Positions 22,601 to 35,900 of a stretch of 64,000 nucleotides of DNA are shown here, piece by piece (position 1 is the first letter of the stretch; each line of letters starts with the position of its first letter). Source of the DNA: Antedon mediterranea (Eukaryota > Animalia > Echinodermata); NCBI RefSeq assembly GCF_964355755.1, contig NC_092672.1, positions 32,308,437 through 32,372,436 on the forward strand, read 5' to 3'. The notes under the pieces are model-generated. The model ran no database searches and was not told the origin of the DNA. It was given only the letters and a program-made list of their open reading frames with translations. Both the position numbers and the translations under genes were made by a program.

Positions 22601-25600
22601 CTCATTAGTATCGTCAGTCCCAAATCAAGATAAGGCTTTGTAAAATCTATCACTTGCTCTCGTTCATAGCTGATAGTAAACGGTGCAACAGCTACGTCAG
22701 CGTTCTGTTAAGTGAAACAAATTTATGATAAACCTAAAGCTAAAAAAGTCTTAGCAAAGTCAGTAATTTTGTGATCAGTGATTCTAGGTCATGAAAATGA
22801 CCGGTGTACAGGTATATTGATCGAAACGTCGAGAAACTGAACCAAAGGCAATATTTCTATACACTTTTGTTCTTAGATAACGAAGTCGATTCCATGAGAT
22901 AAAAAGAACTGGTGCTTTGGTAAATGAGTTTCAGTTTTTCACTTAAGCACTTCCTAACTATTTTAAGCAAAAAGAAGTCTTTTATTTACGTCAAAAAAGG
23001 GCCAATTTAAATGCTTATAATTGTATTAAAACAATAGAGTTTAAATCTGTTCTGCCCTTTAAACTTACCCCCTCCAAAAGCTGCTTAACCATACCGTTCC
23101 ATTCGTTGGTAAACGGATCAATATTACCATAAGAACCATCTGGAACTACCTCAATGACGTATTCAAATTTCATGTTCTTTTTTAGTTCGTTGAGTAGGTC
23201 AATGCAATAGCCATAAAAGCGGTCGCTCGAGTTTGGGTTAATGTTCGGACCTTCTAACTCCATTACAAAGGGCTTTTCCTACTTGAGATAAAATATAAAA
23301 TAATTAAGTGATAATGATAATACCCAATTTACGGTACATTAAATAAAACATTACAGACAGTTATAATTAGGAGCGAATATAATTAATTAAAGACAGTTTT
23401 GATTAGAAAAGGTGTTTCTTCAATCATAAAGCTCTGTCTACACTATCAAACTTTATGTTACAACAAAATGTGATGTGCCCATATATGGACATAATGATGT
23501 CATATCACTACTATACTAGTATTTGGAAATATCTGTACTATATGGGGACATCACAATTTTTTTGTCACATAAAGTTTGATAGTGTAGACAGGACTTTAGT
23601 ATTACTATTTACACGGATCATAGATAGTACTCACCAAAATAGTAGTAATACTAAGAGTAATGTTTGTGAGATCATTTGAGCTGTCCTTTGGCAAATCGGC
23701 AGATCTTCCCATAAAGCTGATTTCTTGGTCATCAAAAAACGTATAGTTGTCATCTGAATACCATTCTCCTATCTAAAAGATTTGATCACGTTTAATTTGT
23801 CTCCCAATATCTCTTTAATCTGGTGGCATTTTGTGATTTAGTGACATTTTACGATTTGGTGACATTTTACGATTCGATGACATTTTGCGATTTGGTAACA
23901 TGGAGATATGTGACATTTTGAGATTGGATGGTATTTTGAGATTCAATGGAATTTCAGTAAATGGGCAAATAATATTCTGCCTTGACAACACACTCATTAT
24001 AGTTGATACAATGAGGTTGATGTAACCAATCCAAAGAAAGTAATTGCGTAATATAAGATGACGATATACCTTTTTGAACCCAGTTGAGTGCATATTAACG
24101 ATATCGTATCCTCCAATATCAGGGGTTCGGTATTTGTCAAACGCTATCATGTTCATAACACCAGGACCAGAGGTCTGTAGAATCAAAATGTTTATGTAAT
24201 ATTTATTCATAAATACTTTCCCATCCTAACCTTTTTACTATGTTGTTTATTTTCTTTTACAGTGGTTTATACTTTCTGTTCTTTCTGATTCTGTTCTGAA
24301 TATTATTCAAATAAATAACATTATTTTATTTAAACATCAACTGCACTATAAAGCCATGTTCAGTTTGTTTTTTAATTTCCTTCTCTCTATCACCGATACT
24401 CTCTTGAACTTTGACCCCATCTTGTGAATACCACTTTATGAATTGGAATTATTTATTTGGATGTAACTTTCCACCTCACATTGAATATACAGATAATCCT
24501 GAATATAGCTTCATGTACTTACATTACTAATATATTCCATTAGCAATTCTCCAGATTCCCATGGTTCAACATCTTCCATTGAGCATAGTCTGTTTGGAAA
24601 TTGCCTCAGTTCGATTTTGTTGCCAGCATTGACAAAATCGTTAAGACCGTAGGCTAACGCAATCACAGCATCGTAGAGCAACATTCCATCCACCTACAAA
24701 GTGAACATTATTAAGGACTTTCTAAAATTTGAGTAGACATATACTCTGTGGAAAATCTGAGCAGCCGTCCATATGTAAGAAATCAAATCAGAGAAAAGCA
24801 ATGCTTTTTTTTATTTATGCAAATGATTAATAACGGGACTATCATTACCAGACCTCAGACCTGGATGCAATGTTCACAATGGGCAAGGCACAAGGTTTTT
24901 TTTTTGGTTTGGTAATTCGTTTCGCACGACGTCTAGTGACAGTCAGTGCTGGTGACGTGAAAGTTTATGTGTATAAAACTTGCTTACTGGATAATCTAAA
25001 GTACAATTAGGCAGAGTGTTATCGACTTCTAAAACAGTTGACCAATCTTCAGAAAACTTCTCGTATAACTCGCCTTCAGATATCGTAGGTCGTGTTCCAA
25101 TCAAGCCAATCAGGTGAGCTCCTGGCTTGTCACATGTTTCATCAAATAGAAGATTCTGTAATGAAACAATTTGGAAGCGAGGATCTTTGAGTTAGCAGTA
25201 GGTGTAAAGCGCCGAGGCTCTGAGAACACACAATAAATTGACACTTTTCCAAACATAACTTACGATAACCTGTCACGATAGATGATACACGATCTGAACA
25301 ACAACAAAAACACTTACGTCTGTTGTGATACCATCTGTAACTAGCCACACCCATCCTCTTTGGGTCATGCCTTTGTTCTTAGCCTCAGCCAATACAATTC
25401 TTGCATGTTCTGCTAGGCAACTAAGGAGGATTATTCTAGCCCCTTTGCTCCTTATTGATCGTAATTGACTGTCAGCGTCTACGGTTTCTGTGTATGTGTC
25501 CTGCGGAGCGTAAAACTGCTCATGCGCTACTATCTTCCAGTTTCGTTGAATTGCAATTTTCACAAATTCTCGAACTGAATTTATTCCTTGGAAAAAAAAT

Positions 25601-28600
25601 GTTTAGTTCAGGATTAGCAAGGATAACTGTGTTTATAAAACCAGTTTAGTTACTCGTGTTGATAACTAAGTGTGAACGTGCCCGTATTATGACCATTGTG
25701 CAGACTTAAGCTTGGTTCCCACAACGACCCAACGCAAGGATGTAACGCAAAGTGATTTGACCAATCACAAGCGATGGATTATTCGAACAGTGGCAATTCG
25801 CTTGCGTTGGGCGTACGTCCTTGCGTTGCGTCTCTAGTGGGAACCACGTTTTAGATGATAGTATCAACAACATTGTTATTGAAGATAGGAATGGATAATT
25901 TACATAAATTACCATAATCACTCGATGACGTCAGAATTGCTAACTTCTCCCAGCCAAAGTGATTCATAATGTCAGCCAGTGCTCTGCTCTGAACGTTATC
26001 TGGAGGTAGCATCTTTAGAAGATACTTGTACGATGAGGTCGTCGTTGAAAACGTAGGATCCGTAGCCATTGGGGCAATCATGGGTATGTGTACGCCCTCA
26101 CAGATTGGATAGACAGCCTTTACTGGAGTTGAACTCATCGGTCCTATTATTGCACCAACCTTTTTCGTGAAAATTTCACATACTGCAAAAGGGTAAAAAG
26201 GGTCAAAATATTGGATTTTTAATTATATTGAGTTAACATGCGCAGAAAACAATGTGATTCTGCGCATGTTAATTATTAAAAAGTGTCGAAATTTGGCAAT
26301 TAAACAATATTTTGGCCATTTTTCGAAAATGTACAGAGATTTTTTCAAAAATGGCCAAAATATCCACTTTATAAAATTCAATAAAAAATTTGCAATAATA
26401 TTGACATATGCACATATATTGCGTCATTATCACCTTATAGGGTCATATAACCAGTTATGTCAAAAAATAAAAGGATCGAAATTTGATAATTTTTCGAAAA
26501 TTTCTCTGTACTACTGTATAGGACAGGGATTTAAAAAAAAAATATGGCCAAAATATTGACGTTATAAAATTCAATTATTTTGCAATAATATTGACATATA
26601 TGCACATATATTGCGTTATTATCACCTTATAGGGTCATAGTAACCAGTTATGTAAAAAAATAAAAGGATCGAAATTTGGTCATTTTTCGAAAATTTCTCT
26701 GTACTAGGCCTATAGGACCGGGATTTTTTCCAAAAAATTCCAATATATCGACTTTTAATTCAATTATTATGCAATAATATTGACATATATGCACATATAT
26801 TGCGTTATCACCACCTTATAGGGTCATAGTAAGCAGGTTTGTGAAAAAATAAAAGGGTCAACATTTTGTCATTTTCCGAAAATTGCCAAAATATCTTTTT
26901 CGAAAACTTTTTTGTCCATATTTCAAAAAAATCCATGTACTACAGTAGAGGGATTTAAAAAAAAAACTAAATTGCGACCCTTAATTTTATTTTTCAACAT
27001 AACATAACTATGGCCCTATAAGATAATGATAACGCAATATAATGATTATAGCAGAATTATCGCTTAATTGAATTTAAACTTGATATTTTTGGAAAAAACA
27101 TTTCTGTACTATGGCTAAATTACAAATGAGCAACTCTCATTTACACAAATCATATCTTCAACATATATCTCTCGATATAGGCCCAATTAGACTTGCCCCA
27201 AGTCTGTATTCATTGTCTTTTTTTTTATTTATTTGTTTATTTTTACCGCGATTTTTGTTTAAAATTGCCCCAGGTAGTATATGTATGAAACGCCATGTGC
27301 CAAAATATTTATCTTTTTACTAATATGGACAAAACTCCGTCTGGAACCCAGACTAAGGCCCAATCTATACAGAAGTAGATGCACTCTCTGGGTCACTTAT
27401 TGACCTAGCGAACGGATACCATCAGCTTTTAAACTTACCCATGACATCTTCGATCAATTCGTAATCTAATTTCTCAATTGGTATTTTAATATGACCACGT
27501 TACCACCGACAGCGCCACCTGTCGTCTATAGGTTTCAATTTGTTATTTTGATTCCGGGAACCATAGCGAATATTATTCATTATAAATAAAGTACGCGCAA
27601 ATACGTCACATGAAGCCATATTGAGTAATAAGACAACCATCTGACCTACTTTAATTAGCATTTGTCAACATTATTATTTATTTTGTTATATCAACTTTTG
27701 AACGTTGACAACAAGTATTGGGTGGATTACTCTGGTAACAACTGAACAATCTCGTTAAATATATTGCCTTTAATCAAGGAAGAGTGAAATTAATCCACTC
27801 TTTCCTGCTTTAATCAACACGCTACGCGTCGGTACAACGATATGGATAAACGGTACTAAAGCTCGGTTTGTATTTGTGGGGTATCAGTATTAGGCCTATA
27901 GTACGAAAAAACAGTCTAACCTGAAATATTTACGCTTACAAATATTAACAGATACAGTTGAAAATAGACAATTAGGCCTACACACACAAAAAAATCGTTT
28001 TAAAACGATAAATTTGAAATAAAAATATATTCAAAAACTTACAATTTTGAATATTGCCAAAAGCATCTAAACTGGAATGGGTGTACATTTGATGAGGAAC
28101 CATTCTATACCCAGGTAAAATATCCGGATCTAAATTAACTTTTGAAAACGCCAACTCTACTGCTCGTAGTTGAAGAGGTGGATTTTCCTGCGTTAATAGA
28201 ACCCCTGTATTGAAAAATAAAACAGTCACTGGTAAAGTTTTACAAGTTTGCTGTGTGGACACAAGCTATAGTTTAAAATATATTTACCGACATCTACGCA
28301 TATTTTAGTTTAAAAATTCGATAAAACTCAGAGTTTAACAAGAAAAGATTTCTAAACTTTGCTAGTGTAGTCGACCAGTTGAAAAACTTTGGCAAACTGC
28401 AGAAAACAAGTTTGTAGTTAAGTTTAGTTTGCAAACTCCGGCGAGTTTGTAAAGGAAACAAAGTTTGTAAGTGTGGACGAGTTGATAAACTTTGGAAAAT
28501 TGCAAAGAAAAACATGTTTACAGAAATTTACACTAGGATTAGTTTGGAAATTCGAGTTTGTTCAGAATTTATTTCTAAAGTTTGTTAGTATAGACCAAAC

Positions 28601-30557
28601 TTTGGCAAACTGCAAAAAACAAGTTTGTAGAAAGTTGACACTAGCGAACTTTAGTTTGCAAACTTCGAGCTTCTCAAGAAATTGTTTTCAAAGTTTGCTA
28701 GTGTAGACCAGTTAACAAACAAAAAATAAATATAGGCCTAATTATATTTTATTATTTCGCAACATTATTTTTTTTTTTTTTAAGTTTGCAAAGTCCAAGC
28801 TTAGAAAGAAGCATGTTCCAAAGTTTTCCAAAGCGTAGATCTCGTCAAACTGCAGCAACGATAGTTTGCAGCAGAAGTTAGGGTATGTTCCTTCTTGAAG
28901 CTTGGTTCCCACTAGAACGTAACGCAAGGACGTAAACGCAACACAAGCGTTTTAGCCAATGACAAGCGAAGTTATAGACAGTTAGCAATCACAAGCGAAT
29001 AAGCCATCGCTTGTGATTGGTCAATACACTTGCGTTGCGTTACGTTCTTGTGTTGCGTCGCTAGTGGGAACCACGCTTGACAAAATGAAGCAATAATATC
29101 AATAATGTAATACGAGAGATATGGAGATAATGGCAGTGACAATAGAGTAGATAGGCAAGAAACAGTGACAAAACCCCGAATTTAAACCATAGCAAAGATA
29201 ATTTTCTGGTGAATTATGTTCGTGTTCGTGTACATGTTATAAAATTATTATTGTTTAAATAGTTTACATAACTATACGTACATGCACCCCTTCAAGTGAG
29301 TAAACTATCGTACACTCAACAAACGTGTGAACATAATGCGACACGCGCCACTCACGTGGTGTTAATTCACTCCCTGGTGTGAACTGGTGCCTATCAGTGC
29401 AGTTACAATTTTCTTTGATAATAATTCACAATAAATTAGTAGGAATTCATGTGTAGAGAAATAGCGATGCTATAGGAAATAAATAGTTAAGATATCCACC
29501 AGAATAACATTTTTAATAATATTGTAATGTTTCTAAGCAGATTATCACGGGATCTATAGGATTAAATCGAGGGATAAGTAATTAAGACTAATTCAGGACA
29601 ACATTTTCTGATGACAGGAGAAATATTATAACGACGTTTTATCCGCATGAATTTCTTTTAAATATTTAATAAGTTTCATTTTTTAGGACCGATTTTGGCA
29701 GTACGGATTGAATCTTTCTTTTTTCAGCTTCTCCATGATATACCGTATGGAAAGAGATGGTGTTGTTGAATTACATCGCTCAATGTATCTAGTTCTCTAA
29801 TGAGTTAGTACTGGCAGATATATCCAGCAAAGATGTGAAAACAAAACCTATATCCCGAATGACGTGATACAAGTTACCCGCGTAGTAAAATGTCGCACAT
29901 TGGATGTACGATACTTCACCAAGAGAAGGGGGTCGAGCAGGTGAAAGTAACGTTATATTTGTCGATTATGCGCGTCTTATTAATAATAATAACTGTCTTA
30001 TTCATGTTGAATATTTCAATAAGAAATCTCAGCTTTCGATGCATAAAAGTGGGCGTATGTATTTTAACTGCGTGAGTGTATGTTAAATACGTGCAAAACG
30101 TGAGAAACTTTTTTATGAAACTATGCGAGAACTTGCGCTACAGAATACTTTATACCACGCTTTTTGATATTGCTAACTAAATTTGTATAGACACAAAATA
30201 CTCAAAATAGTTATTAAGCAAGGGCCTATATAATCCTAATAATTAACAGTAAAATATAGAAAAATACAGTAATGTGTTTAATTCAAAAAAATACTGTACA
30301 AAATCTTTGTTCCTTTAGAGGCTTAGACCTCGTAAGGTTTTTGGTTTTCGGTTTTCATTATTAAATATCTTCATATATATCTAAAAAGAAACTAATTAGA
30401 TAAATAAGTAGGCAAAATATACTTATTGTCCATGTTTAAATAAAATAAATGATAAAATGAAAAAAAAAATTGTGTACTCACCAATTGTAATATTTTTATC
30501 CTCCGACTTGATGACAAAAGGAAGAAAAATCAAAGACAAAAGTATTGATATCTCCAT
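19648..30557 (-). CDS. Ionotropic glutamate receptor family subunit (non-NMDA-like; AKDF/Epsilon-type), 16 exons, 961 aa
   Basis: Exons 30557-30482, 28204-28043, 26182-25913, 25586-25318, 25155-24988, 24693-24523, 24174-24070, 23772-23635, 23278-23069, 22704-22533, 22129-21951, 21837-21705, 21622-21342, 21117-20979, 20575-20415, 19899-19648 (2886 nt, in phase). Signal peptide, ATD (GAIIGP), S1 (GYCIDLL, WNGMV, APFTISYEREQVIDFTKPY), M1, M2 (QQG), M3 (TYTANLAAFLTV), S2 (YAFIFDS, GYGLG), M4 (LGVFYFL). Confidence 0.95.
23430..23595. mobile_element. MITE (AGC-terminal, Harbinger-like), second family
   Basis: AGCTCTGTCTACACTATCAAACTTTATGT...ACATAAAGTTTGATAGTGTAGACAGGACT. Related inverted copies at about 36637-36757 and 39492-39612. 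Confidence 0.75.
23826..23950. repeat. Degenerate 18-bp tandem repeat
   Basis: TGACATTTTACGATTTGG-like units in an iGluR intron. Confidence 0.7.
25709..25850. mobile_element. MITE, same family as 12323-12501 (internally deleted)
   Basis: TTA|AGCTTGGTTCCCAC...CTAGTGGGAACCACGTT|TTA, 3-bp TSD. Confidence 0.82.
26187..27112. repeat. Degenerate palindromic tandem array related to 12561-13574
   Basis: Contains TTAACATGCGCAGAA..TTCTGCGCATGTTAA and B-type GGCCATTTTTCGAAAA..TTTTCAAAAATGGCC hairpins, plus three ~190-bp units (AATAATATTGACATAT..CACCTTATAGGGTCATA). Confidence 0.75.
28899..29077. mobile_element. 179-bp MITE, inverted near-identical copy of 12323-12501
   Basis: TGA|AGCTTGGTTCCCACTAG...CTAGTGGGAACCACGCT|TGA, 3-bp TSD. 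Confidence 0.9.
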
Positions 30558-30779
30558 AATGTATTGTAGTACGTAGATGAAAATGCTTTCTCGTTTGATG
30601 TCTCTTCTTCAATGGTAGGAGACGAACCCAACATTCTTCTTCACACTTCCAAGGTCAAATGCGCAGACACAATGACGTCACTGAATAAACAGTATAGTTA
30701 GTTGTTGCAAAGCTTCATTCACAGGAATTGTTCCGTCTCACGAAACGGTGCGGTTCGATTCTTTATGAACGTTTTAATC

Positions 30780-31379
30780 TAGCCTGGGTGCAGTACAAAT
30801 TTTGCGGGAAAAAAGTATAGGAACATTTTTTTCTTTTTTTTCTGATAGAGTATACCATATAGAATGTCAGAAAAAAAATCCCCATCCCAGGGTCTTGGGG
30901 AAAATTTGTTATGGCACTTTTAAATTTTGGCCTATATAACACACAAATTCCTATTAACACACACAAATACCTATATATAGGGGATAGGGAAAACCAATTC
31001 ACGTTTTTTTTTACTTGGAGTTGTGTTATGATGATTAAAATTTGCCGAGCCTTACTTTAATAACTACTTCTCATAGTAGTTGATAAATCGAGTCGATAAC
31101 AATGAAATCATCATGCCAGAATCCAATATGGCGTCCAATTTGGCGGAAAAAACAGGGTATTGCTAAACCCCCGCAAACTCTTGCAAACCTAAAAAAAAAC
31201 ATAGCAAACCCCACCGAACCAACATAAAAGTGATTGAATCATGTAGTGTACGACCCACTGGGTATATCCATGTAAAAAAAAATTAAATTTCTACTGTTAA
31301 CTACTTATTTTTGGGGTAAAACATAATTTTCCTATACTTTTTTCCCGCAAATGTGTATAATTGTTCTGCACCCAGGCTA
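30780..31379. mobile_element. 600-bp non-autonomous DNA transposon with TAG termini (Academ-like), just upstream of the iGluR start
   Basis: ATC|TAGCCTGGGTGCAG..TTTGCGGGAAAAAAGTATAGGAA...TTCCTATACTTTTTTCCCGCAAA..CTGCACCCAGGCTA|ATC. Superfamily inferred only from termini and the 3-bp TSD. Confidence 0.72.
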
Positions 31380-32582
31380 ATCTGATTTTCCACTAGTAGG
31401 CGAAATTGTTCGCGATCGAATCGAAAACGTCAGCTTATACGCACGCATGCGTATTTAAGTTTCCATCTTCCAAATCCTTCATGCTCTAATAAGACTGTTT
31501 TCTCTCTGTCATGGAGAAAGAAGTATGTTCCAATTTACTTCTCCATTGGGTGGTATGAGATGATTGGACTTGAACAAAAGGCAACACTCCATATTATAAA
31601 ATACAACTAATTTTACGATTTTAAGCCATTTTATTTGTTCCTTTATTTCATTATTCTGACACCGGCTGTCTTCAGGTCTATTTAGAGGTTTTTTTTCAGA
31701 TTCAATTGAATTAAAATCTTCAATAATTATGTTCAATAAATATGTATATTATGTACAAAGTACGATAGGCCCGCAAGGTCAAACTTAAGTTATAACTACT
31801 TCTTAAAAAAAAGAATTAAAATAGTTAAAAGTTCAGTTACAACGATTCATAGAAATATTTCCAATTCTTCACATTTCTTATTACCTGGGGTGGCACAAAA
31901 ACGTCCACAAGTCACAATGCTTTTTGATTCTCAAGAAAATCGTTGTTTTTGGTCACAAAACTCTCTACCTTACATATGGGCCGAAATATTAATTAGCACG
32001 CCCTCTGTCGCATTTTATCGGGTGGTGACACGAAATATCTACTCATTATCGGGAGAGCTAAAAGGTCTCAATGAATACAAAACCAAAATTATCACGTCAT
32101 CGAATAAAAAAACTTAGGATTAATTAGGATTGTTTACAACTCATCACGGTTGAGAAGGTGTTTTGACACGGATCGCGAGGAAGTTTTATGATTATGCATA
32201 CAGAGTAGCCAAACAAGCGCATTGCATTATGGGATATGTTTTGATTGAAAACTTTGACTGGAAGTCAAAGTTATTTTTTGAACAAAAAAAAATTTTTTTT
32301 GTGACTAATTTTTGGTGAAAGTTAACTATTATGACACTTCAAAATGACCCACTTTTTTTCGAAATTAAAAAATAAAAATTTTTTTTGGAATTAGTCAAAG
32401 GGACAAAACATCTTTAAAAACTCCAGATATCGATGATGTGAAAGTACTTAAAGGTAATGTTACATTCTGAAGAGGTATAGTGAATTCAGTAAGTTTTTGA
32501 AAAATGTTTGAATTGTTATTTAGAAAATGATTACTTCAACCATTCAATATTTAAAAAGTGCATTTGAACTTCACCAAATATC

Positions 32583-32900
32583 AAATAACTTTTTAAAGAA
32601 CCTCTGTGGTCTAGTTGTTAAGGCACTTTTTCTATAAGCGACAAGATGTGGTTTGAATCCAACCAGAGGACTCGGAGCTATTAATTGATATCGATTTAAG
32701 TTATGTAACTATTTTGTGCATGGCAATTAACCTTTATTGATTTAAATTTAAATAACTTTTTAAAGAACCTATGTGGTCTAGTTAAGGCACTCTTCCTATA
32801 AGCGACAAGATGTGGGTTTGAAACCAAACTGGGAACTCAAAGCTATATCATTTAGATATGTAACTATTTGTGCAAATTGTGATTAACCTTTATTGACTTA
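32583..32900 (+). pseudogene. Two tandem ~168-bp units, each with a degenerate tRNA-like head (pseudo-tRNA or SINE head)
   Basis: 32600-32670: CCTCTG/CAGAGG acceptor-like stem, TGGTCTAGTTGTTAAG A box, GGTTTGAATCC B box. The second copy (32767-32835) is more decayed. The anticodon stem does not pair. Confidence 0.55.
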
Positions 32901-32908
32901 ATAAAAAA

Positions 32909-35900
32909 CTATGTCGTTATACTAACAAGCATAACAGTAACATTATCCGAACTACCGCGTCTGATAGCCTCCGCAGCCAATCGGCTGCAAGCAACTTCAA
33001 GCTTAGCGTCAATGTTTTCAGTTTTATTATCTCCCGTATCGTCAGTCTGAAAGAAAGAAATGGACATAAACATTGATTTACCAACATCAGATATTTAACA
33101 AGAAAATTGGAGACATAAGACAAAGTTTAACCTTCAATATATTGTTAATGAATTCCAGAGCGCCCTCTATAGTGAATCCTTTCCATAAGCCATCACAGGC
33201 CAGTAGTAAAAATCTATAAAAAGATTTAAAAAGTTTTTGTAGTGGCAAAAAAAATTAATTACAGTACTTTTTGAAAGGAAAGGGAACATTTGTTAAAAAT
33301 AAACATTTTTTAAACAAGGAAAGAGGTGTACAGTACACACAACTTTATAAACAAAACATAAGAGTGTTTAAAATTATGGTCACAGTTTAGTGCGTACTGC
33401 TCCTTCTCACTTACTTATCTTTATCAGTAAGAAGACATTTCTTAACATCAGGAATACAAGTGACTCCACAATGTTTAAATCGGCCATCTCCTATTGAACG
33501 AGACACCTCAAGAATTCCCATTATACGTCCATCTCTAAATAAGCAATCAGAAATGTTTTACAAAAAACTTAGATGTTACACTATTTAACTACATGCTTCT
33601 CGCGTCATGTCGGTGCTGCCAACTACAGCGCTGTTTTGTCCACAACAGTGGCTGTGCGAGCTAGTACATCAGGGTAACCCCCTACGCCTCTCGAAAGATG
33701 TTCTAGGTTCTAAAAAGTGCACATGAGCATTTTGTGTACACTGGACCTACGGTTTGTAGTCCTAATCCACCATAACCATAAAGCGAGTGAGCCTCGAACC
33801 TTGCCATAATGCAATAGATTACGGTTCCACTGTCTTAATAACCGCTGGCCACTCACTCCCTAAATGTTTGTATAATATGTTCTTGGTATGATAAGATATT
33901 TGTACAACACAACAAGACACATTTCAGGCCTTGTCTTTTGAATATTATAGGTGTGCTACAAATTGCACTCCTCAATACATTCAGGGATGCTGTAGGTGTG
34001 CTGTTTGTATTTTGGTGTGTAGAAGTTTACCAAATTTAGGCGTGTTGTAAATCGCACTCCTCAAGGGCAGTTTAGGAGTGAGTTAGGTAAGTGATCGCAC
34101 TCGCTCGCCTTAAAAGGCTTGACATGTTTTCTAGGCCCAACTTACGTAACTTTGCCTCCAGCCTTCTGAATCCTTATACGTTCCTCATACTGTGTGGGGC
34201 TGTGGTCTCTAGACAACGGCAGGAAGTGATCAACTTTAGAGTCTTCATTATAACGACATAACAAAGCCTATCAACATAATAGCATTATTGTGTTTAATTT
34301 ACAATTATTATGAAGTTTATTAAGCACACAGATATTTATAACAATGATTAATTCCTGTACAAAATAAATTGGTCATTAAGGATCAAACTAATAGTAATAC
34401 ACTGTACAGTATACATTCATTGTTTCATAAATAAAGCCTAGGGAAAAAACAATTTATTTTTAAATTATTTTCTCACATACATTAAGGTATCTATATTATA
34501 TACTGTTAACTTGTTTATTTTTAAATCGTAATAAGGTACACAGTTAAACCCCTAGTAAGGGAGCTCTTTGGGACCCAACAAATTGTCCCCTGAATAGAGA
34601 GTGTCCCCTAAATAGGGGTACCCTAAAACTTAATTAAAAATTAAACACTAATTGATCTGGACTCAAGGAATTGAGATAAATTGAAACTTTAGCAGCCAAC
34701 GTTTAACAAATGAAAACTGTCAAGTTAGAGAAAGTATCATCATTTTTGGTATCAATAACTATATAATTATTTTTTGGTCTTTTTTTTGATGGAAAAAAAA
34801 TTGTTTATTTATATAAAAATTGTATGTAGGGCTGGGCTTGGGTAGTGGGGTATAAACATTGTCCTGGAAAGGATTTAAACTATTTGAATGAATATTGTCA
34901 TGCTTATGAAGTATATATTCTAGGCCTAGTACTATTGCATCATCATATATAAAATCGTTCCCTTTTTTTGGATATTACTAATAATGTAAATGTGGTTTTC
35001 AGAATTCTTGTAATAATTGTAGGACTGCCAGTATGCATGGACATATATTAGTCAGATAAGTATGTTAATAATGTTATTAATGTTCCTAAATTGGTAATGA
35101 AATCAGACAATAAACAAAGAAACCAAGGTACATCGTGGTAAACTTGGTTTTGTGAAACTATGGGATTTCCACTCCTTCCTGGAAACACGTTTGACATGAC
35201 ACAAAATTTAGTTTTCATACATTCATTCATTTCCTTTGCATTTAGGTAACATAATTTGGCAAATAAAGACCTTTCATACCAAACGACAGTACTTTGAAGA
35301 CCTTTCAAACCAAACTACAGTACTTTGAAGATCTTTCATACCAAACTACAGTACTTTGAAGACCTTTCAAACCAAACTACAGTACTTGAAGATCTTTCAT
35401 ACCAAACTACAGTACTTGAAGATCTTTCATACCAAACTACAGTACTTGAAGATCTTTCATACCAAACTACAGTACTTGAAGATCTTTCATACCAAACTAC
35501 AGTACTTGAAGATCTTTCATACCAAACTACAGTACTTGAAGATCTTTCATACCAAACTACAGTACTTTGAAGATCTTTCATAGTACTTTGAAGATTCAAG
35601 AATATCGCCATCTATTGTTATTAAAGTTGTTTTTAATTTAAAAAATTAACATTTAATTGAAAAACTCTAAGAGATGTATAATTCAAGCCGTGGCAATTGG
35701 ACAATTTCTACTTCTTATAGTAGAAAAATGTATATTGAACCTGAAAATATTCATTTTTTAAGTGCTGGACTGACAAGCATCATTAGTTTAACAGGAATAT
35801 TTGAAAACCTGATTGTTATTTTGGCTGTTTGCTGCATTTGTCAACTTCGGAAGAAACCGAATATCTTAATCGTTAACTTGGCCGTCGCCGACTTTTTAAG

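Noticed and set aside
25142-25219. Alternative iGluR acceptor at 25219
   Set aside because: It leads to an in-frame stop; the acceptor at 25155 keeps the frame and gives ATD-like sequence.
32600-32670. Functional tRNA gene
   Set aside because: The anticodon stem does not pair, the B box has TTT instead of TTC, and the tandem copy is further decayed.
35325-35611. Three overlapping repetitive ORFs
   Set aside because: They are by-products of a 30-bp minisatellite.
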